The position numbers and the translations under genes were made by a program. From an uncultured Candidatus Saccharibacteria bacterium (lineage in GTDB: Bacteria > Patescibacteriota > Minisyncoccia > Phycocordibacterales > JACOZG01), in the NCBI GenBank assembly GCA_964651115.1, contig CAZYXJ010000001.1, forward strand, positions 106,509 to 170,508: 64,000 nucleotides of DNA, in the 5' to 3' direction. Under the pieces are notes generated by a model, which was given only the letters and a program-made list of their open reading frames with translations, was not told the origin of the DNA and searched no databases. Shown piece after piece: positions 45,569-54,968 of the stretch (positions are counted from its first letter, which is position 1; every line of letters starts with the position of its first letter).

Positions 45569-46799
45569 AAATGTTATAGATCAAATGATGTATTCTTATC
45601 GTCTTACCTGAATCCTCGGGGAGGGTGTGATCGGACACAAAGTGATTGCTACTCAATTGCTTGAACCCCGATTTATATTGCGGGTGCCTCTGGATGATCT
45701 CTGGTATCTGGGCCAATATCTTTGAAAAATCTTTATTTTTTGAAAACATAATTACTACGCCGTAATTTTGTCTCCAGGTAACATATCCCATTAATTGATC
45801 TACAGTATCTAGATATACCTTTTCTCCACCCCAATTTTTGCATTCAAAAATAAGAATTTCTCCCTTCTCAATCTTAAGGTGTATGTCAGTTTTACCTTTC
45901 TTAACAAAAGTCTCTCCCGTAGCATCTCCTTCAAAGATGCCATTCAGGGCAGAAAGGATCACATCTCGAAGTTGCTCTTCTCCTAATTGCTTATATGCCC
46001 CAGGAGTCCGCTCAAAGGTCCGGCATTGATTATCAACGAATCCTAAAATGTCTTTCAGGATCGGTTCCTCGAGCGTATACTCGGCTGGCAATTTAGGGGT
46101 TGGTTTTACAACATGGACAAACTTTTTTACGTCAACGCGAATTTTTGTGGCAGAAGGACCAGGCTTCTGCTTTAGTGGTATTTTTATCTTCTGAGTCAGC
46201 GTGCTTAGTTTTTCCTTGTCGCTTACCAACTTTTCTTTTCGTTTAGCAATTCCATCTTTTATTGTTTTCAAGAGAAGTGCGTTTCCAGATTCAATACTAG
46301 AGTTTTTCTGATTTAAACTCTCAATTAGTCTTTGGGATTTTGTGTTGATTTCATTCGCGATACTATCTTCATTCGAGTGGCCGCCATACCACTTAACGTC
46401 AAAAGAAAATGAGATCTCATTTTGACCATAGACCACTCTTTTATCAAATCCATCCATGTGGTGTACGGGACCCGATAACTTCTTTAGCCAATCTAAATTA
46501 GGGTTAGTCTCTATGGGTAAGGAAACTACTGCGGATTCATATTCAAAATCGAGATCGCCGTCATGTCGGTAAAATTCATCACGTTGATGAGCTGGTACTC
46601 GTCGGACTTCCTTTTTCATTTCATATGATAAATCAGCTGAATCAAATGTTAGTGGAACTAAACCGTATTTTTGACAATGAAAAGCTGCAAGATCATCTAT
46701 TTCCGATCCTAAGATTTGTTCATCAGATTCCCTCAAGATGTCTTGATTAAACATCTCTATTGCTTTTCTATAATAATCGTCAAAAGTTGGTCCAAACAT
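45558..46799 (-). CDS. Uncharacterised 413-aa protein embedded between hsdS and hsdR; C-terminal PD-(D/E)xK-like nuclease motif
   Basis: No Walker A is present. The C-terminus GKTDIHLKIEKGEILIFECKNWGGEKVYLD...QLMGYVTWRQNYGVVIMF fits the D...(E/D)xK restriction-endonuclease-fold pattern. It is translationally coupled, overlapping hsdR by 11 nt and starting 5 nt after hsdS. Confidence 0.5.
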   Translation of the reverse strand: MFGPTFDDYYRKAIEMFNQDILRESDEQILGSEIDDLAAFHCQKYGLVPLTFDSADLSYEMKKEVRRVPAHQRDEFYRHDGDLDFEYESAVVSLPIETNPNLDWLKKLSGPVHHMDGFDKRVVYGQNEISFSFDVKWYGGHSNEDSIANEINTKSQRLIESLNQKNSSIESGNALLLKTIKDGIAKRKEKLVSDKEKLSTLTQKIKIPLKQKPGPSATKIRVDVKKFVHVVKPTPKLPAEYTLEEPILKDILGFVDNQCRTFERTPGAYKQLGEEQLRDVILSALNGIFEGDATGETFVKKGKTDIHLKIEKGEILIFECKNWGGEKVYLDTVDQLMGYVTWRQNYGVVIMFSKNKDFSKILAQIPEIIQRHPQYKSGFKQLSSNHFVSDHTLPEDSGKTIRIHHLIYNIYAE

Positions 46800-46803
46800 A
46801 TAT

Positions 46804-48108
46804 TTATATTTTAATTTTCCCTGTTACAACGTTTGATATCAGTGAGAACTTAAACTCCTTAAGACTCAAAATTGTTTTTTCGACCTTCTTTATGGCCTCG
46901 TCAAAAAGAGGGATCTTTTTGTTCAAAACGTTAAGTATCTTTTCTTGCTCCTTTATTGGAGGTAGTGCAATTAGAAAATCCTTATACTTCTCAGCACTCA
47001 CATTTTGTATTGTTGATCGAATAAATATTGAATTAATCCATTTCCAGTAGTAGTCAGACTTTGTTATGTATTCCAAATATTCAGAACTGATCTTCTTTTG
47101 ATTAACGTTCATTCTTATCAAGTATCCGGCATAGCAGCAGGGACCCCACTCTTTTTTATATCTAAAAGATTTTCCAACCGTACCACCTGTTCTTGCAAAC
47201 AAAATATCACCCTCTTCCAGAAGATATGGCTTAGCAAGTTCAAGATCCAAAGACTTAAACGTGTCTTCTCTTAAATTACCCGCTTCATCAATATCGCTGA
47301 TTCTTATGAATCTAGGTTGAGATTTATCATTGTGTAATCCCGCTTCATTAGCTCCGTACTGAAGTGGTTTCTTTGCAAGGAATTTCATTTTTTGAATTTC
47401 CCATCCTTCTGGTATTTCTTTAAAGCTGCTTATTTTGGTTTTAATAAAATTCGCTTTCGAATCAGTCCCTTTTGTTACAGCAAGGTTAATAGCAGCTAAT
47501 CGTTTCTCGTTTAATAAACCGATTTGCTTTTGTTTTTTCTCTACAATTTCATCTAGACAGACAGTTTTTTTATCAAGATACACTGCAATCTTTTTTTGCT
47601 GCTCTGGACTAGGAATACTTATCATTATTCTCTTCATTTCACTCTCTCGGGTGGTCCAGAGATCATCAACAATGCCTCGTCCCCAGCGGTAAAATTCTTC
47701 TGAAAAAAGTTTACTCCTAAACAAGTAATGGAAATACTTTGAATCGAATGATTGGTCTCTTTTTCTTAGAACATTGTAAACAAGAGAAACACCACCTTCG
47801 TACTCAGACATCCCAACAGCACCCTTTCTGTCTGATCGACCGTTGATAGCAATATCACCAACTTTTACGAGCTTGCGCAAACTGCCCTCTGCAACTTTAG
47901 CTGCATTATCAATTTGCTTTTTAATTCCATCGTAAGTAACCGACAATGGTTCGTGCGTAACTTCTGTGACTTTTTGATTTGGAAAATCAAAAATAGAGAC
48001 AACTTTCGACACACCCCATTCTTTAGGAACTTTACCCAACCACTCAACGCCTGAATCTTTGTATTCAGGATACTTCTCATATTTCTTTGTGAGTTTGAGT
48101 GTTTGCAT
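46804..48108 (-). CDS. hsdS: Type I restriction-modification specificity subunit
   Basis: 434 aa with two target-recognition-domain halves separated by conserved helical spacers, the typical HsdS layout. Confidence 0.8.
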   Translation of the reverse strand: MQTLKLTKKYEKYPEYKDSGVEWLGKVPKEWGVSKVVSIFDFPNQKVTEVTHEPLSVTYDGIKKQIDNAAKVAEGSLRKLVKVGDIAINGRSDRKGAVGMSEYEGGVSLVYNVLRKRDQSFDSKYFHYLFRSKLFSEEFYRWGRGIVDDLWTTRESEMKRIMISIPSPEQQKKIAVYLDKKTVCLDEIVEKKQKQIGLLNEKRLAAINLAVTKGTDSKANFIKTKISSFKEIPEGWEIQKMKFLAKKPLQYGANEAGLHNDKSQPRFIRISDIDEAGNLREDTFKSLDLELAKPYLLEEGDILFARTGGTVGKSFRYKKEWGPCCYAGYLIRMNVNQKKISSEYLEYITKSDYYWKWINSIFIRSTIQNVSAEKYKDFLIALPPIKEQEKILNVLNKKIPLFDEAIKKVEKTILSLKEFKFSLISNVVTGKIKI

Positions 48109-48109
48109 A

Positions 48110-49294
48110 TTATTTATCCTCGCTCTCTTTTGGCTCAGGCAACTCCAAAGACTCGATCTTCTGCAGTTGGATAACTCCGCTCAAGTCACCATAGATACCG
48201 ACTGTATTTTTGATGACCTTCTGTATCTGCTTTTCTTTTTCGGACCAAGACTTTTCAAAATAAAGACGCTCTTTATCCAAGGAAGTCTTCATGCTTGAAA
48301 ACGTCTCTACGATGACCTCAATCTTTTGTTTGAATTCATTGCCAGACAGATAAGCATAGAGAATCTCCATCTTTTCATTTTTACCCACAGACATAGACTT
48401 TTCGCGACACACAAGCTCAAGGGTATTTCGTAATGCCGTTGCTATCGAGATTGCCAGTTTAATATCACAAACCCAGACTCCTTCGCGTTGAGCTATGCCT
48501 TCCAAACCACCAGGCAATACGGAAGATACGATAACTGCAATGTCGGCCTTAACACTTCGCTGATCTTCTTTCAGTTTCTTAATCCAACTGTCGGTCCAAG
48601 CCTTGGTTTTTTTTGATTCCCAGATAATCTTTCCGCATTCAACACCAGCTTTAGTCTTAACAGTTTGTATAACATCCGCACCGGTAACACCCTTAGGGAC
48701 CGGAGAAATATCATCGTAGATAAATTCTGCCTTGAGAAGTTCCTCAAGGGCTATCTCTTGGACCTCGCCTTGAGTCTGTTGTGATCCCTGCTCAAGCTTT
48801 CGGGCTAGTTCATCCTTCGCTTTTGTGGCATCGGAAAGCTGCTTATTGAGCTGATCTATTTTTGCCTGTTGTGCCTCTGTCGCTTTCTTTGAAGCCTCTT
48901 CTTCAATTGTCTTTCTTTCTGCATCAAGCTGACGCGCCTTTTCTAGTTCAAAAGCATCCTTTTCATCTTTGAGCTTTTGAGTGGCCTTACGCAACTCAAG
49001 CTCATTCTTGTTAGCTTCTTTAAGCTTGAGGTCCTTATCAGCTAGCTGTTCCTCAAGGAACTTCTTGTCAGAGGCTGCTTCTTTTTCTACTCGTTCCCTT
49101 ATTTGCTTTTTCAACAGTTCTTCTATTTCTTGCAACTCTTTCTTGTGTTCCTTCTCTTTTGCTGCGCGTGTAGCTTTTTCTTGTTCTTCAAAATCCTTTC
49201 TGATTTTACTTTCAAGCTGATGCGTTAAAACTTCATCAATCGAGATTGATTTTCCGCAATGAGGACAACTAATATTTCTTGTATCGTTAGTCAT
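48110..49294 (-). CDS. Zinc-ribbon plus long coiled-coil protein (DUF2130-like) embedded between hsdM and hsdS
   Basis: 394 aa with an N-terminal CPHCGKSISIDE (CxxC), a ~170-aa Lys/Glu-rich coiled-coil and a conserved-looking C-terminal globular domain. Proteins of this layout are recurrently found inside type I R-M loci. Confidence 0.5.
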   Translation of the reverse strand: MTNDTRNISCPHCGKSISIDEVLTHQLESKIRKDFEEQEKATRAAKEKEHKKELQEIEELLKKQIRERVEKEAASDKKFLEEQLADKDLKLKEANKNELELRKATQKLKDEKDAFELEKARQLDAERKTIEEEASKKATEAQQAKIDQLNKQLSDATKAKDELARKLEQGSQQTQGEVQEIALEELLKAEFIYDDISPVPKGVTGADVIQTVKTKAGVECGKIIWESKKTKAWTDSWIKKLKEDQRSVKADIAVIVSSVLPGGLEGIAQREGVWVCDIKLAISIATALRNTLELVCREKSMSVGKNEKMEILYAYLSGNEFKQKIEVIVETFSSMKTSLDKERLYFEKSWSEKEKQIQKVIKNTVGIYGDLSGVIQLQKIESLELPEPKESEDK

Positions 49295-49298
49295 ATGT

Positions 49299-51281
49299 TT
49301 AGAGTTGCTTTAAAAGAGTGAGTAATTCATTCTCGACTTTTTCTATGTCGGACTCGATGGCCTCGAGGCTGCGTGGAGCTTCGTATTTGTAGAAATATCG
49401 CGTGAATGGGATCTCGTATCCAACCACACCAATTTTTCCATCTTTATGATCCTGGACCGACTCGTTTATCCAAGCATCAGGGACATACGGTTTCACTTCT
49501 TTGTTGAAATAATCTTTGATATCCACCTCGTATGGTACGTTTTCAAAATCCCGCAACTCACCGTCTGGTTCAGGGTTACCATCCTTATCAGTACAAATTG
49601 TTGCTTCCTCGTCACGCACACCGACTATCGATATAAGTTTCTTATACTGACCTGCTGTGAACTTAACGGCGACGTATTGTTTAAGTCCCGCTTCGATTCT
49701 TTCATCTAGAACTTTTTTGCTTGTTATAATTTGATTCTCAAAGGATTCAATAAAATCTTTCATGCCATTCTTGTTGTCTTTGATGTCAAAAGCAACAAGG
49801 AGTTCTTTTACCTTTTCTGGGGTGAAATCAAACTTAAGACGGAGAGATCGCTCGATCGTGATCTGTCGATAAGCAAAGTCGGTAGTCTTGAAGATCTTTG
49901 AATGTTCGCTTTCATCAAACTTCTCGTAGATGTCCAATATCTTTTTCTTTGATTCCGCGTCAATCTCGTGACGCTTGCTGCCGAGACTCTTGCGAGTCTT
50001 CTTAAAGAAGGCGCGAGCGTCGATAAGCTGGACCTTACCTTTTCTTTCTTTTGACTTTCTGTTCGTCACAAACCAGAGATACGTATTGATACCGGTGTTA
50101 TAGAAAAGTTGATCTGGCAAAGCCACAATCCCTTCAAGTAAATCTTTTTCAAGAATCCAACGGCGTATTTCGCTTTCGCCGCTTCCTGCGTCGCCTGTAA
50201 ATAGAGGGGACCCATTATGAACGATCGCAATACGTGAGCCGCCATCTTTTTCAGATTTCATCTTTGATATGAGATGCTGCAAGAACAAGAGCTGTCCGTC
50301 GGAAATACGTGGAGTACCTGCACCGAATCGGCCTGCGTATCCGCGAGACGCTTCGCGCTCTACGGCATCCTTATCTTTCTTCCAATCAACTCCGTAGGGT
50401 GGATTTGAGAGCCCATAATCGAATACTTCCGCAAAGAATTGGTCGTTAGCGAGCGTACTTGCCTTTGAATGGTCTTTCTCACCACCTCGAATAAGATCAG
50501 GGTCATCACCTTTGATAAGCATATCTGACTTTGCCATAGCGTAGGTCACTGAGTTGAGTTCCTGGCCGTAAAGGAAAATGTCGGCTTCTTTGTTTATGTT
50601 TTCTAGAATGTAATCCTTGGCAACAGAAAGCATTCCGCCCGTACCGCAGGCAGGGTCGTAAATCTTTTTGATAACATGAGGCTTCTTAAGATCCTTTTTA
50701 TCAGGTGAAAAGAGCATCTCAGTCATGAGTCCGATCACATCTCGTGGTGTGTAGTGTTCTCCGGCGGTCTCATTAGACATTTCAGAAAATTTTCGGAGAA
50801 GTTCTTCAAAAACATGACCCATCTGATAGTTATCTACTTTCGAAGGATGCAGGTCTACCTTGTTAAGCTCCTGGATCACATAAAACAACAGATCGCCACC
50901 TTCAAGACGTTCAAGTTGTTTGCTGAAATCAAACTTTTCAAAAATGTCCTGGATGTTTTTGCTGTAGCCATTTATATATTGCTTGAAATTCTTTGCGAGA
51001 TGCTTAGGTTCGCCAAGGATAGTCTTAAAATCGTAGTCGGAGATATTGTAAAAGGCAGTACCCGATGTCTTCTTGAGAATCGGATCGAGATCGTTTACCT
51101 TGCCTTTGTACTCGTTATATTTCTCGAGGACCGATGCCTTAGTATCAGCAAGAATGGAATCCAGGCGCTTTAAAACCACCAGAGGTAATATTACGTCCTG
51201 GTATTCGTGCTGTTTCCAACCGCCGCGCAATATGTCGGCGATGCTCCATATCATTGATGTTTTTTGGTTGAAGTTTTCCAT
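49299..51281 (-). CDS. hsdM: Type I restriction-modification DNA methyltransferase subunit M
   Basis: 660 aa with an HsdM N-domain, SAM-binding DPACGTGGML and the catalytic NPPYG motif. Confidence 0.9.
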   Translation of the reverse strand: MENFNQKTSMIWSIADILRGGWKQHEYQDVILPLVVLKRLDSILADTKASVLEKYNEYKGKVNDLDPILKKTSGTAFYNISDYDFKTILGEPKHLAKNFKQYINGYSKNIQDIFEKFDFSKQLERLEGGDLLFYVIQELNKVDLHPSKVDNYQMGHVFEELLRKFSEMSNETAGEHYTPRDVIGLMTEMLFSPDKKDLKKPHVIKKIYDPACGTGGMLSVAKDYILENINKEADIFLYGQELNSVTYAMAKSDMLIKGDDPDLIRGGEKDHSKASTLANDQFFAEVFDYGLSNPPYGVDWKKDKDAVEREASRGYAGRFGAGTPRISDGQLLFLQHLISKMKSEKDGGSRIAIVHNGSPLFTGDAGSGESEIRRWILEKDLLEGIVALPDQLFYNTGINTYLWFVTNRKSKERKGKVQLIDARAFFKKTRKSLGSKRHEIDAESKKKILDIYEKFDESEHSKIFKTTDFAYRQITIERSLRLKFDFTPEKVKELLVAFDIKDNKNGMKDFIESFENQIITSKKVLDERIEAGLKQYVAVKFTAGQYKKLISIVGVRDEEATICTDKDGNPEPDGELRDFENVPYEVDIKDYFNKEVKPYVPDAWINESVQDHKDGKIGVVGYEIPFTRYFYKYEAPRSLEAIESDIEKVENELLTLLKQL

Positions 51282-51289
51282 GGCGTTGG

Positions 51290-52432
51290 TTATTTATTAA
51301 AGAGATTAATGTATTCCGTTAGGTAGAAGATTCGATCTTTCTTGAGCCCCGTCTTTTCTGAGAACAAACCAAGTTTCTGAAAATCCATTGCGATCGCTGA
51401 TGCGGTCGGGAATGTTACCGACAGCATTGATTCAATATCCCTAATCGTCACAACCGGCTGTGAGAACAAGCAGCGCAAAAGTTCCTTACCAAGCTTTTGG
51501 CGCTTGATGCCCATACCTTTTTCGATTGTTGTTTCGTACTTCTTTCGGAGATCAATAATCTTTTCGAGTGTTTGTCGAGAATTCTTTGCTGTCTCCAATA
51601 CTCCAGTGAGAAAGAAACGTAGCCAGTGTTCGATGTCGTGTGTCTCGCGGACACGTGAAAGACCATCGTAATATTGCGGACGATGTTTTTCGAAGAAATC
51701 TGAAATGTAGAGAGTTGGTTTTTGAAGAATACCAAGGCTTACCAAGTGGAGCGTGATCATAAGTCGACCAATACGTCCGTTACCATCGAGGAATGGGTGG
51801 ATCGTTTCAAACTGATAGTGTGAGATAGCTATCTTGATGAGATCCGGAATATCTACTTCCTTGTTGTGCCAGAATCTTTCCAGGTCACTCAGTAACTCGC
51901 TGACCTCTTCGTAGTGAGGCGGAATGAACACTGCATCTTTGAGAGTTGCACCACCGATCCAGTTTTGGCTGCGGCGAACTTCTCCTGGCAACTTTGTATA
52001 CCCACGCACGCTTGAAAGAAGGACCTTGTGTGTATCCTTTACGAGACGCATTGAGAGCGGTAGTTTTTCAAGCTCAGCGATCGAGTAGTTAATCGCTTTG
52101 ACGTAATTCTGAACTTCTTCCCAGTCGTTTCTTTTTTCGGGATCTATTTCAAGCTCGGGCAAGAGTGCCTCATCGAGCTTTGTTTGTGTACCCTCAATTT
52201 TGCTTGAAGTGGTAGCTTCTTTTGCGATGTGCATTTTTATGAAAAAATCCACGTCAGGGACCAACTTTGAAAATGCGTTGAGCTCGCCGAGATATCTCAT
52301 GGCATCGGCAAGAAGCACATCGATGCGCTTGTCTGTCCATTCAAAATCCTTGTTCACTAAAGACGGCTGAAAGCTCTTGTAGCCATCGTGCTGCTTATGG
52401 GTTCCTGACTTGTATTTTTCTGTCATGCACAC
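51290..52432 (-). CDS. Fic/DOC family protein (putative AMPylator) with C-terminal winged helix
   Basis: 380 aa with the Fic motif [12 protein letters not shown]. It is co-oriented with hsdM and lies 8 nt upstream. Confidence 0.85.
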   Translation of the reverse strand: MCMTEKYKSGTHKQHDGYKSFQPSLVNKDFEWTDKRIDVLLADAMRYLGELNAFSKLVPDVDFFIKMHIAKEATTSSKIEGTQTKLDEALLPELEIDPEKRNDWEEVQNYVKAINYSIAELEKLPLSMRLVKDTHKVLLSSVRGYTKLPGEVRRSQNWIGGATLKDAVFIPPHYEEVSELLSDLERFWHNKEVDIPDLIKIAISHYQFETIHPFLDGNGRIGRLMITLHLVSLGILQKPTLYISDFFEKHRPQYYDGLSRVRETHDIEHWLRFFLTGVLETAKNSRQTLEKIIDLRKKYETTIEKGMGIKRQKLGKELLRCLFSQPVVTIRDIESMLSVTFPTASAIAMDFQKLGLFSEKTGLKKDRIFYLTEYINLFNK

Positions 52433-52587
52433 ATCCTAGCACTTTAATATATATAATGCAAATTAAAGATTTAGACCTTAACTTTTAATACAAAGACAGT
52501 AAATTAAAGAAAATAAGCCAATTTAGCCCTAAAACCAGTAAAAATAGGGTGTTTCAAGAATATTCGAGAAAATCGGTTAAAGAGGCT

Positions 52588-52932
52588 TTATCGTCCAAAT
52601 GGGATTTTATTTCGTATAAAAAAGTCTGAAACCCTTTCTTGATCTCCCTTGCAGCCCACATGCCACACCTCAATAGTCCGGGCATGATTCATCGACTTGT
52701 AGTCATAAATCGTTACGACAGTCGGCTTAGGGCCAGGCAGTCTGAAAGCCCATTCCACCTGAGTCTTCCAGTCACCCGATTTCCATGGACCATCCTTAAA
52801 CCTGTCGTGTGGCTCTCCAAACTGGGCGACAAGGTCATGGTAGGTACAAATCGCGTACCCTATAAAACCTGTGTGGTTTACTTCGTTTGGACGTGCGTTT
52901 TTATATCCTTTTTTCATGGCACGAACGAACAT
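52588..52932 (-). CDS. Hypothetical protein
   Basis: 114 aa with no recognisable motifs. Confidence 0.3.
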   Translation of the reverse strand: MFVRAMKKGYKNARPNEVNHTGFIGYAICTYHDLVAQFGEPHDRFKDGPWKSGDWKTQVEWAFRLPGPKPTVVTIYDYKSMNHARTIEVWHVGCKGDQERVSDFFIRNKIPFGR

Positions 52933-52999
52933 ACCGGAAGGTTCTGAGGAAGTCTAGCGGGACCTTTACTTTTTTGACTTCTAGGAATAATGTTGCCAC

Positions 53000-53308
53000 A
53001 TGAGCGAATTATTTATTACTGTGGTTGGAGGTCTTGTTGTCCTTATTTTAGGCGCTTGGCTTGGCCTTAGTGGTTCTACGAAAGTGCGCGTTGAAGGTGG
53101 TCACAAAGTTAAGAAAACTGGAAAACTGCTTATCCTCATCTCTGTTGCGATGATCATCGGCGGACTTTCCTGGGCGGGCAGCAATGCTCCGGCTCAAGGT
53201 GGTATTGATTTGCATATACCTGGAATGCTCTACGGAATCACTCTTGCAGGATATGGTGTGCTTCTATTAATCGTCGGTAAAGTCGTTGCATGGTGGCAAC
53301 GTCCTTAA
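53000..53308 (+). CDS. Hypothetical small membrane protein
   Basis: 102 aa with three hydrophobic helices. Confidence 0.35.
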   Translation: MSELFITVVGGLVVLILGAWLGLSGSTKVRVEGGHKVKKTGKLLILISVAMIIGGLSWAGSNAPAQGGIDLHIPGMLYGITLAGYGVLLLIVGKVVAWWQRP

Positions 53309-53538
53309 AATATATGCAATTAACTGATAAAGACCTTGAGAGTTTTCAGGCACTTTATAAAAAACATTTCAATAAAGATATTTCGCGTGCCGAAGCTCTC
53401 GCAAAAGGCACACAACTTTTGACTTTAATGAAGGCTGTATACAAACCCATGACGCAAGAACAGTTCGATGCTATACAGCAGCGAAGAAAAGATACCTTAC
53501 CAGCTTTAATTAAAAGGCTGGAGCAAGATCAACTTTGA
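53290..53538 (+). CDS. Hypothetical small helical protein
   Basis: 82 aa. Its start overlaps the upstream membrane protein gene. Confidence 0.3.
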   Translation: MVATSLKYMQLTDKDLESFQALYKKHFNKDISRAEALAKGTQLLTLMKAVYKPMTQEQFDAIQQRRKDTLPALIKRLEQDQL

Positions 53539-53963
53539 AACTCAACCTCAAAAGGATACATTCCCATTCCGCATGATCCTTGGAGTGTGCCAAGTTTGCC
53601 GCTACCAATATCAATATCTGTAGATCCTGTCTGAGGTAATAATTTTGATATGTTCATGCTTGGTATTCGGACCGATGACGAGCAGTCGAAGGTTCCCTTT
53701 GTATTGAAGCGAATGATAGTTGGTATACCTGCCTTAGCAATACTCTTGCGAGGTTGATAACCACCTTTGGCATTTATCTCTATGATTTGTTTTCCGTCTA
53801 CAATGGTGACGTTGTTTGCGTTTACTACTTGTCCGGTATCACCACCGTTTCTTGTAAACATGAAAGCACCTCCGATGAGGATTACTGCCACAATGCTTGA
53901 AATAATAGTTGCTTTCATAATTAGAATTATACTAGAAGTTAAATATTGGCGGTATGACTCCAA
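53529..53963 (-). CDS. Hypothetical membrane-anchored Cys/Met-containing protein, possibly metal-binding
   Basis: 144 aa with an N-terminal TM and a C-terminal beta region with CSSS...SCGMGMY. It is the last gene of the copper cluster. Confidence 0.35.
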   Translation of the reverse strand: MESYRQYLTSSIILIMKATIISSIVAVILIGGAFMFTRNGGDTGQVVNANNVTIVDGKQIIEINAKGGYQPRKSIAKAGIPTIIRFNTKGTFDCSSSVRIPSMNISKLLPQTGSTDIDIGSGKLGTLQGSCGMGMYPFEVEFQS

Positions 53964-54963
53964 TTACCACCAAGCTATTAATAAGATTGAAAAGCGCGAA
54001 CATGATCACGATTAGTCCTGCAGTCTTGAAGAACACTCCAGCTTTGGAACTCTTTTGAATACTGAATGAGCTGAAGCTGATGAGTGCTAAAACTGGGAGT
54101 GTACCAAGCGCAAATGCGAGCATAGTAAGTCCTCCTGTGAGGAAACTACCCGTAGTGAGCGTATAGAGCTGCATCGACTGAGTAAATCCGCATGGTAGGA
54201 AAAAGGTTGCTATACCAACAAGAAGCGGAGTGAGGGTGTGATTGAACTTGGATACACCATGAGCATGCTTAGCAATAAATTTCGGCATCGATGGTTGAAG
54301 TTTTTTTGCCCAGTGAAAAGTATCGAGAAGATTGATGCCGAGAATGAGCATGACGATGCCGATAATGAGGCTCAATATAAATGTAGCGGAAGTATTGAGT
54401 GTGAAGGCTGACCCAATCGCACCAATTATGCCACCGAGAATAAAGAACGAAGCGATTCGACCTCCATGGAACATGAGCTGGGGTCGAACCTTATCACCCT
54501 CTTTAGCAAATGTAGCCGACATCGAAAGGACCAATCCACCCACAACAGCCATGCATGTTGAAAGCGATGCGATTATACCAATCACAAATGCTGTGCCGTA
54601 GGTTACATTGCCAGCGCTAACCAGATTTACAATTCCCATTTTCTGCAGGACCACAAAGAGTACGGCAAAGACAAGTGCAATTGGGACAGCAATCTTGAAA
54701 TCTCCCCATTTGGCATTGTGCTGCTGTTTTTCTACTGAGACAGTGTAGCCATGAGGTTTAAGCGGAATTGTCAGTTCCTCTGCAATCTGTTCTGGTGTCT
54801 TATTGCCAAAGTCTCCGGTAACTTCTACCGAATGATTCTTTAGACTCGATTTTACGTGAGTTATATTTGGCAAATCGCCAAGTTCGCTTTCTGTCATGAG
54901 CACACAAGCGTTGCAGTGCATGCCGTGTACGTGAAAGGTATATTTTTGGATTTGTGTATTCAT
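53932..54963 (-). CDS. Heavy-metal-associated (HMA) domain fused to DsbD_2/TauE-like polytopic membrane protein
   Basis: 343 aa with an N-terminal GMHCNAC metal-binding motif and a ~7-TM domain with conserved intramembrane Cys (LSTCMAV, FLPCGFT). Confidence 0.55.
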   Translation of the reverse strand: MNTQIQKYTFHVHGMHCNACVLMTESELGDLPNITHVKSSLKNHSVEVTGDFGNKTPEQIAEELTIPLKPHGYTVSVEKQQHNAKWGDFKIAVPIALVFAVLFVVLQKMGIVNLVSAGNVTYGTAFVIGIIASLSTCMAVVGGLVLSMSATFAKEGDKVRPQLMFHGGRIASFFILGGIIGAIGSAFTLNTSATFILSLIIGIVMLILGINLLDTFHWAKKLQPSMPKFIAKHAHGVSKFNHTLTPLLVGIATFFLPCGFTQSMQLYTLTTGSFLTGGLTMLAFALGTLPVLALISFSSFSIQKSSKAGVFFKTAGLIVIMFALFNLINSLVVIGVIPPIFNF

Positions 54964-54968
54964 GATAA

